From Strigamia acuminata (taxonomy: Eukaryota), in NCBI GenBank assembly GCA_949358305.1, contig OX442314.1:26536001-26600000 (forward strand): 64,000 nt of DNA, in the 5' to 3' direction. The notes beneath the pieces are model-generated. The model ran no database searches and had not been told where the DNA came from. It was given only the letters and a program-made list of their open reading frames with translations. Position numbers and translations under genes: made by a program. This document shows, in pieces, positions 58,628 to 64,000 of the stretch; within the stretch, counting starts at the first letter, position 1, and every line of letters starts with the position of its first letter.

Positions 58628-60347
58628 AGGTCAAGTGCACTGAGTGGGTTTTATTTTTTTTCTGATAGAGCCTAATATAAAAATATTTTTCATGTTAAAA
58701 AAAAATAAAATTTGGGCCTTTATCACTGTTTAATAACAATTGAAAAAGTTGACTTTTTCAATGTGATGCATCATGGTTGTTGGCTGGATGACCTACGTCA
58801 TCAGTTCTGTGGTGGTTGGTGGTGGTGTTGTTGCGCATGCGCATCAGACTGCGCATGCGCAAAAGACAGTTTTAAACTCCCGCGATCATAGTATGTAAAA
58901 GGAGAAGTAGCCAAACTCCTTAGTTCCGTTGTTTCTCCTAGTGGTGGCGCCACCGCTGCTAGTTTGTCCCTCTGAGCATAGCATCCCAGTCGTAATGAGA
59001 TTTCTTTCGTTGTTTTTTTGGCTTAATTTAATATTTTTACACAGGATTTTGAATTTTTATTTAATTCTATTTAACAATTTTTGTGCAAATGTTTAGAACC
59101 AAGAAAAATTAATGCAAAATCATTTTTTCTTCAAATTTTAAAAGCAAGAAAAATTATTAAAGGATTTTTTTCAAAAAAAAACATGAAAATTTACGAAAAA
59201 ATTATATATTTTTAAAACATGAAAGATTACAACAAGTCATGAAAAAATTAATATATATAAGTTCTTTTAGTGATTGAATTTAATGCAATTTGCTCAGTTT
59301 TCTGTTTGTTTTGCTTGACACGCAGCTTCCACTGTTTCTAAGCATTCCCTTGGTTTTAAAAAACATTCTGGTTTGTATGTAGTACTGAATAAATTTTAGG
59401 ATTAATTCAGAACTATGTTCTACACAACATCCCATGTCACATGTAATTCTTATTTCATTAATGCCATCTAAAACCTCATAAAACAAATCTGGAGATAACT
59501 TTTTATTTTTTAATTTGGTTTCTAATAATTTCTCAATGTCCAGTTCGAGATTATAGAAATTATATGATGGATATTTTAAAAATTCACCAAAATCTTTAAT
59601 TTTGTCAAGGAAGAATTCTCATGGTACTGATGGATTGGTGTAGTCAAAGCTTGAATACCCAGTTCACATATTTTATACTTTAATCTGCATCCAGTAGCAA
59701 AGCATGACATATTAAAAATAAATTAAAACAAAAAAAAATATAAAACCATTGTAAAACCACTTAAAAGGTAATATTTACCATGCTCAATCTCTAATTCGGG
59801 CCTGTTATAAAGTAAACAAAAGACTGACCTTGGACGAAGCAGCAACACTAGCGCTGCAGCTTCGAGATTTGGCCACAGGCAACAATCTCCAAAAGTGCGG
59901 TAGCGTGTACTCAGATATTTTTACAGTCTATTTGGATGGGGTTTCAAGGCATTTGATATTTCACCAAGGGAAATTGAACCTTTGGTGTTAGTTTAAAATT
60001 AATTTGGCTTTGGTAGGTGGTTTTTTTATTTCAATATCACAATAATTGCTACACATTGCAGAAAAAAATGGCCACCAAGTTTGGCTACTTCTCCTTTTAC
60101 ATACTATGCCCGCGATCAAGGTCAGCCATTATGAATCCACCCTAGGCTCGGAACTAGTTCCAGGTCAACCGAACTAGAGAACTGACAACGTCATACTCCC
60201 ATGATTCTTTGTCTTGTCAACACCCGATATTGCGATTGTTATTAAAGAATGATAAAGGCCCAAATTTTATTTTTTTTTAACATGAAAAATAATTTTTCAT
60301 TAGGCTCTATCAGAAAAAAAATAAAACCCACTCAGTGCACTTGATCT
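58628..60347. mobile_element. Non-autonomous TTAA-target element with ~110-bp TIRs and AG..CT ends (Kolobok-like)
   Basis: TTAA|AGGTCAAGTGCACTGAGTGGG...CCCACTCAGTGCACTTGATCT|TTAA. Confidence 0.8.
58887..60108. mobile_element. Non-autonomous P-element-like transposon nested in the TTAA element
   Basis: 31-bp perfect TIR CATAGTATGTAAAAGGAGAAGTAGCCAAACT and 8-bp TSD CCCGCGAT. Confidence 0.82.
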
Positions 60348-62523
60348 TTAACTCGTACTCCGCCATGAGTCACAACCGTACATACATGGGTCGCTTAGTA
60401 AGGAGAAGCGACACCAAATAATACAATACGCAAAAACAAAAGTAGTAATTACAATAACGCTTTCTTTCTTTCCTTTGAAACTTTCTTTGAAACAAAAAGT
60501 AACACCAAGCCAATGTCAGAAGTTATCTGCATCAATGCCAAAGCGAATACGGGCTGTTATTTATGCCAATGGGTGTCCTCCAAAGTATTAATATAATTTT
60601 GAGATGATATTTCCAAACTTTTGTCCAGCAAAAGTGCAGTTTCTATATTTTTGTAAAGTAATGTTTTTTTTTTTTTAACTTTGATTTTCTCACTAATGTA
60701 CAATAGTAATAAAAAAAAATAAACATAAAGAGCAAAAGCAGGGCTTTATTTTCCATTTTGTTCTATTTTTCTGGGACAAGTCATCTCAAAGATATTCTAC
60801 TTTAAAGTGCAGGAGTTAATTTTGTAACATCGATTTCCTGGCTTATGTCCGAGAGTACCATAGCAGAATGTAAGGTAGTTGTCATCACAGAGCTCCCATA
60901 GTTTCCCCTGCCTACGGTTGACAAGGTTACTTTATTAATAAAACAGTCTGCCACATTGAAAGGTATCGGGCAGACGCCTTTTTTGTACTGGATTGAAATG
61001 CACAGGAAACAGGTAAAACCGATGTGATTTATTGTTTTAGTGTTTTACTGCAGGCCAAGACACTAAAGTGGCACTTCAACAATGAACAGAGGTAATGTAT
61101 AAAAAAAAATTGAAAAATGAAGTATTAGGGTGCAGTTGTACTTTTTGACATTATAAACGAATATGACAATAGGTGCATTCAAAGTTTCTATTTCTCTGGT
61201 GTTTGGCGTTTCTATAAACAGTAAAAACAATAAACGACAAAAACTTGCCAAACTGAATGTGTATTTAGTTTTTGTGTCTCTTTTTAGTTTCATTTAAAGA
61301 TTTCTAAAGTTACTTTTCATTTGTTTGAGCAAAACCCAGCAAACTACCGTATGTGGTTTTTGTTTTTTCAGTTTTTGATGATGAATTTTTGTATTCATTC
61401 TGTTTATACAGTATAAATGCCAAAATCAACTTAAACAGAAACTTACAATGCGTAATCTTACTGCAATATGGCTTATTGATTCCAGTTTACTGGGTTTTAT
61501 GAGATATTATATATTAATAGAATGTATTAATATATATATAATAGTATTAATATATAATGTACGAGGTTGTGACGATTATAAAACCGTATTAGTTTAAGGT
61601 CGGCAGTAGATGGCGCCGATTGAATGAAGTTGCGCGAAATACGGATACGGTAAATACAAATGTATAAAGTTTAAATATGATAAATAAACTTATGACTATT
61701 TATTCATGAATAGAATAGTGATTATTGATCAAATATTGATTCAATAGAATCAATAATAGAATATATAATCTCAAGAAAATACTTACGAATGTAAAAAGTA
61801 CCAATCAGACTCCTTTGGACCTAGTCTTCTGCAAGGTCCGGACTCGCTAATCCCTAAAGTGACCTGCGAATCCATAGATTATGGTGTCCAATTGGCTGCC
61901 ACTAATCCCTATTGTTCTCCAAATATATATAAAGTCTGAATTTTCACCAGATCATTGTTTTTTGTTTGTTTCTTTGATCATTCACCTAGCCCGATAGCTG
62001 ACATTCTACCTTTTGTGGTAATATTTAATTACCAAAGAGATAAAGACAACATTGCTACTTAAACGATAACCTACGCGAGATAGGCAAAGTCCGTGTGCGC
62101 TGAGTGAATTGTTGTAGAATTTCTTGTGCCAAACCAATGTCTGAAAACCAGAAAGCTGACCCAGTTTTTTGGTTTTCCCAACGACATGAAAACTGTAAGT
62201 GTTGTATTTTCTTGTACTACCGTATATCTTCCAATTGTCCGCGGGTCTCTATTTGCCAGCGGACCTCGATTAACCCGCGGGGAAAAAATCTTTGGTGTAA
62301 ATACTTGTGGTCCCAAGTGATAACAATCATTTCAACAGCATTGTGCAACTGACCCCTAATATTTCTCTGGCCAAAAAGGCAGTCACTTTAGTGTTTCCCA
62401 CTTGTGGAGTAATATTAATATTCTTTTTGAAAGGCATAAAACTAATTCCAATGGTCACTTTATTGTACTACAATGGAAAACATGTCTTTCAGTCTTTCAG
62501 TGCATGTTGTGCAGGGTTGAAGT

Positions 62524-64000
62524 ATGGCTATGTTTAAAGTTTCTGTAACAACAATTTTTTACCTATATTTTATTTCATGTTGGAATTTACATTCGGGTAA
62601 GTGTCATTAAATTGATGAATTCATTTTAAACAAGTGTTCTCTGTTGATGTTCACTTCTACAGTGGACCCAAAAATTTGATTTTATGTTCTAGTTAAACAA
62701 TGAAATTACATTTTTAGGTGTTGCTGATACAAAAAACCAACATTATTTTCATTTTCATCAAACATGCAAGGCTATACACATAGTGGAAATGTTGAATACC
62801 AGAAGTGTCCTATTCATCTATGATGAAGGTAAATACAATTTCAAATCTGACAGAAATTATACTCTTGTTCGACTCAAAAGTATGCCCTTCTCCCATTGGC
62901 CGAGCCGTATCACTGGTGTAGTGATCCAAAAATGTAGACCCAAACACCAGTTATATGTGCATAGAAATGTTATTTCTTCAAAGGAAGTAACATTTCTTGA
63001 TACAAATAATCGAAATTATGTCAACCTAAATGGTTAGAGCAATCACAAATCATAATAAAAATAAAAACTACTTCTCCTAGTGGTAGTAATACAAACTTGA
63101 GGTAGGAGTAATGTGGCTCGGCCAATGGGAGAAAAGCATACTTTGGAGTCGAACAAGAGTATAGTGATAATAATGAAACACTGGCCCATTTATCTGATAC
63201 TCCGTATGATTTATTGAGTGTCAAACATTAACTTAACAATAACTTTCTTATAAAAAAGTTTGAATTATTGCTAAGTTAATGTTTGACATCATTACCATTA
63301 CCTGTGAATATCTGTACTGATGGGGGTCCAAAAACTTCTCCTAATCCATCATAAATGTGGCAATAGACTCTTTATGTATAAGAAAACTCCCAGAACGTGT
63401 TTTGCTTTTTTGAACCAAAACATTTTCACCTGTCGGTGTCGACAGATACTTTTAAAAGAACTGTGAGGTCTGTAAACTGGGCCAATTTGGTCTATGGTTA
63501 TGGCATGCGTGTCTTGGCAAGTGATCTAACTCATCAATCCGGACAATCACCTCCTGTTTAAAAAAAAAAGACCGTCCTCATTAGATCAGGATTAACCTGA
63601 CAGAAATTGTCCAATAGCGGTATGTTAGAGGTCGAAATTGGCTTCTTTCGTCGTCTGCTATTGATGTTTCGTGCGTGTGCGCTTGTTTCAGCGTTGATGT
63701 ATTATTAATTCCGACTTTGCATTGTACGTAAGAATGCAACTATTAAAGAGTTCATCCCTAAAATTTTCCAAATTTTTTAAGCAGTTATAAGAAAATTTGT
63801 AAAAAGTAGTGTTAACGTAATGGAAAAGTAACAGTAAAGAAACGGCAACTAACTTAACTAACTAATAAAAGTAACAATACCGAGTGGTAACTAGTTACTT
63901 TTTTGGCTAAATAACGATAATACTAACTAGTAATTGTTGCAATGAAAGGCTGTAATATCTTGTAAATTTACAACGTATTTCAGTTCCACAACAATTCATA
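62524..64000 (+). CDS. Divergent ionotropic receptor, copy 3; exons 1-2 only (62524-62596, 62718-62828), continues beyond the window
   Basis: Near-identical to copy 2 exons 1-2 with intact splice sites. Confidence 0.75.
62860..63161. mobile_element. Tc1/mariner-type MITE with TA TSD
   Basis: TA|TACTCTTGTTCGACTC...GAGTCGAACAAGAGTA|TA; the copy 2 site near 29115 is empty. Confidence 0.85.

Larger units (their letters stand above)
58117..60592 (+). pseudogene. Tc1-like transposase relic (3' half), interrupted by nested insertions
   Basis: SDESQF..IMIWGCF, WPGNSPDLKQIENVW, and after the insertions SMPKRIRAVIYANGCPPKY*. Confidence 0.8.
60722..64000 (+). repeat. Segmental duplicate of about 26971-30243 (IR upstream region and 5' exons); partly also matches 1-369
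   Basis: Long colinear high-identity blocks that differ by independent TE insertions. Confidence 0.93.

Overview
Eukaryotic, very likely arthropod, repeat-rich genomic DNA. The host backbone is a tandem array of three paralogous multi-exon divergent ionotropic receptor (IR/iGluR-family) genes on the + strand (about 1-10418, 28780-33479, and 62524 to the window end), a solitary divergent replication-type histone H2A gene, and an intronless gene with a SOCS-box-like N-terminus that is split in frame by a 14-kb LTR retrotransposon. Mobile DNA includes two mdg3/micropia-type Ty3/gypsy elements (one intact, one 3'-truncated), a large gypsy element with 1.6-kb LTRs, a -1 frameshift signal and an extra non-env zinc-motif ORF3, one full-length and one 5'-truncated copy of a CR1-clade LINE plus an older relative, a perfect (AAT)n array of about 4.56 kb, a Polinton/Maverick terminal fragment, Tc1 relics and many MITEs. 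The most notable observations are a hydrophobic 150-codon ORF that bridges ORF1 and ORF2 of the LINE with an ATGA stop/start overlap, the gypsy ORF3 together with motif arrays in its LTRs, and a fold-back junction linking the LINE tail to the giant AAT array. All calls come from reading the sequence by eye; no searches were run.
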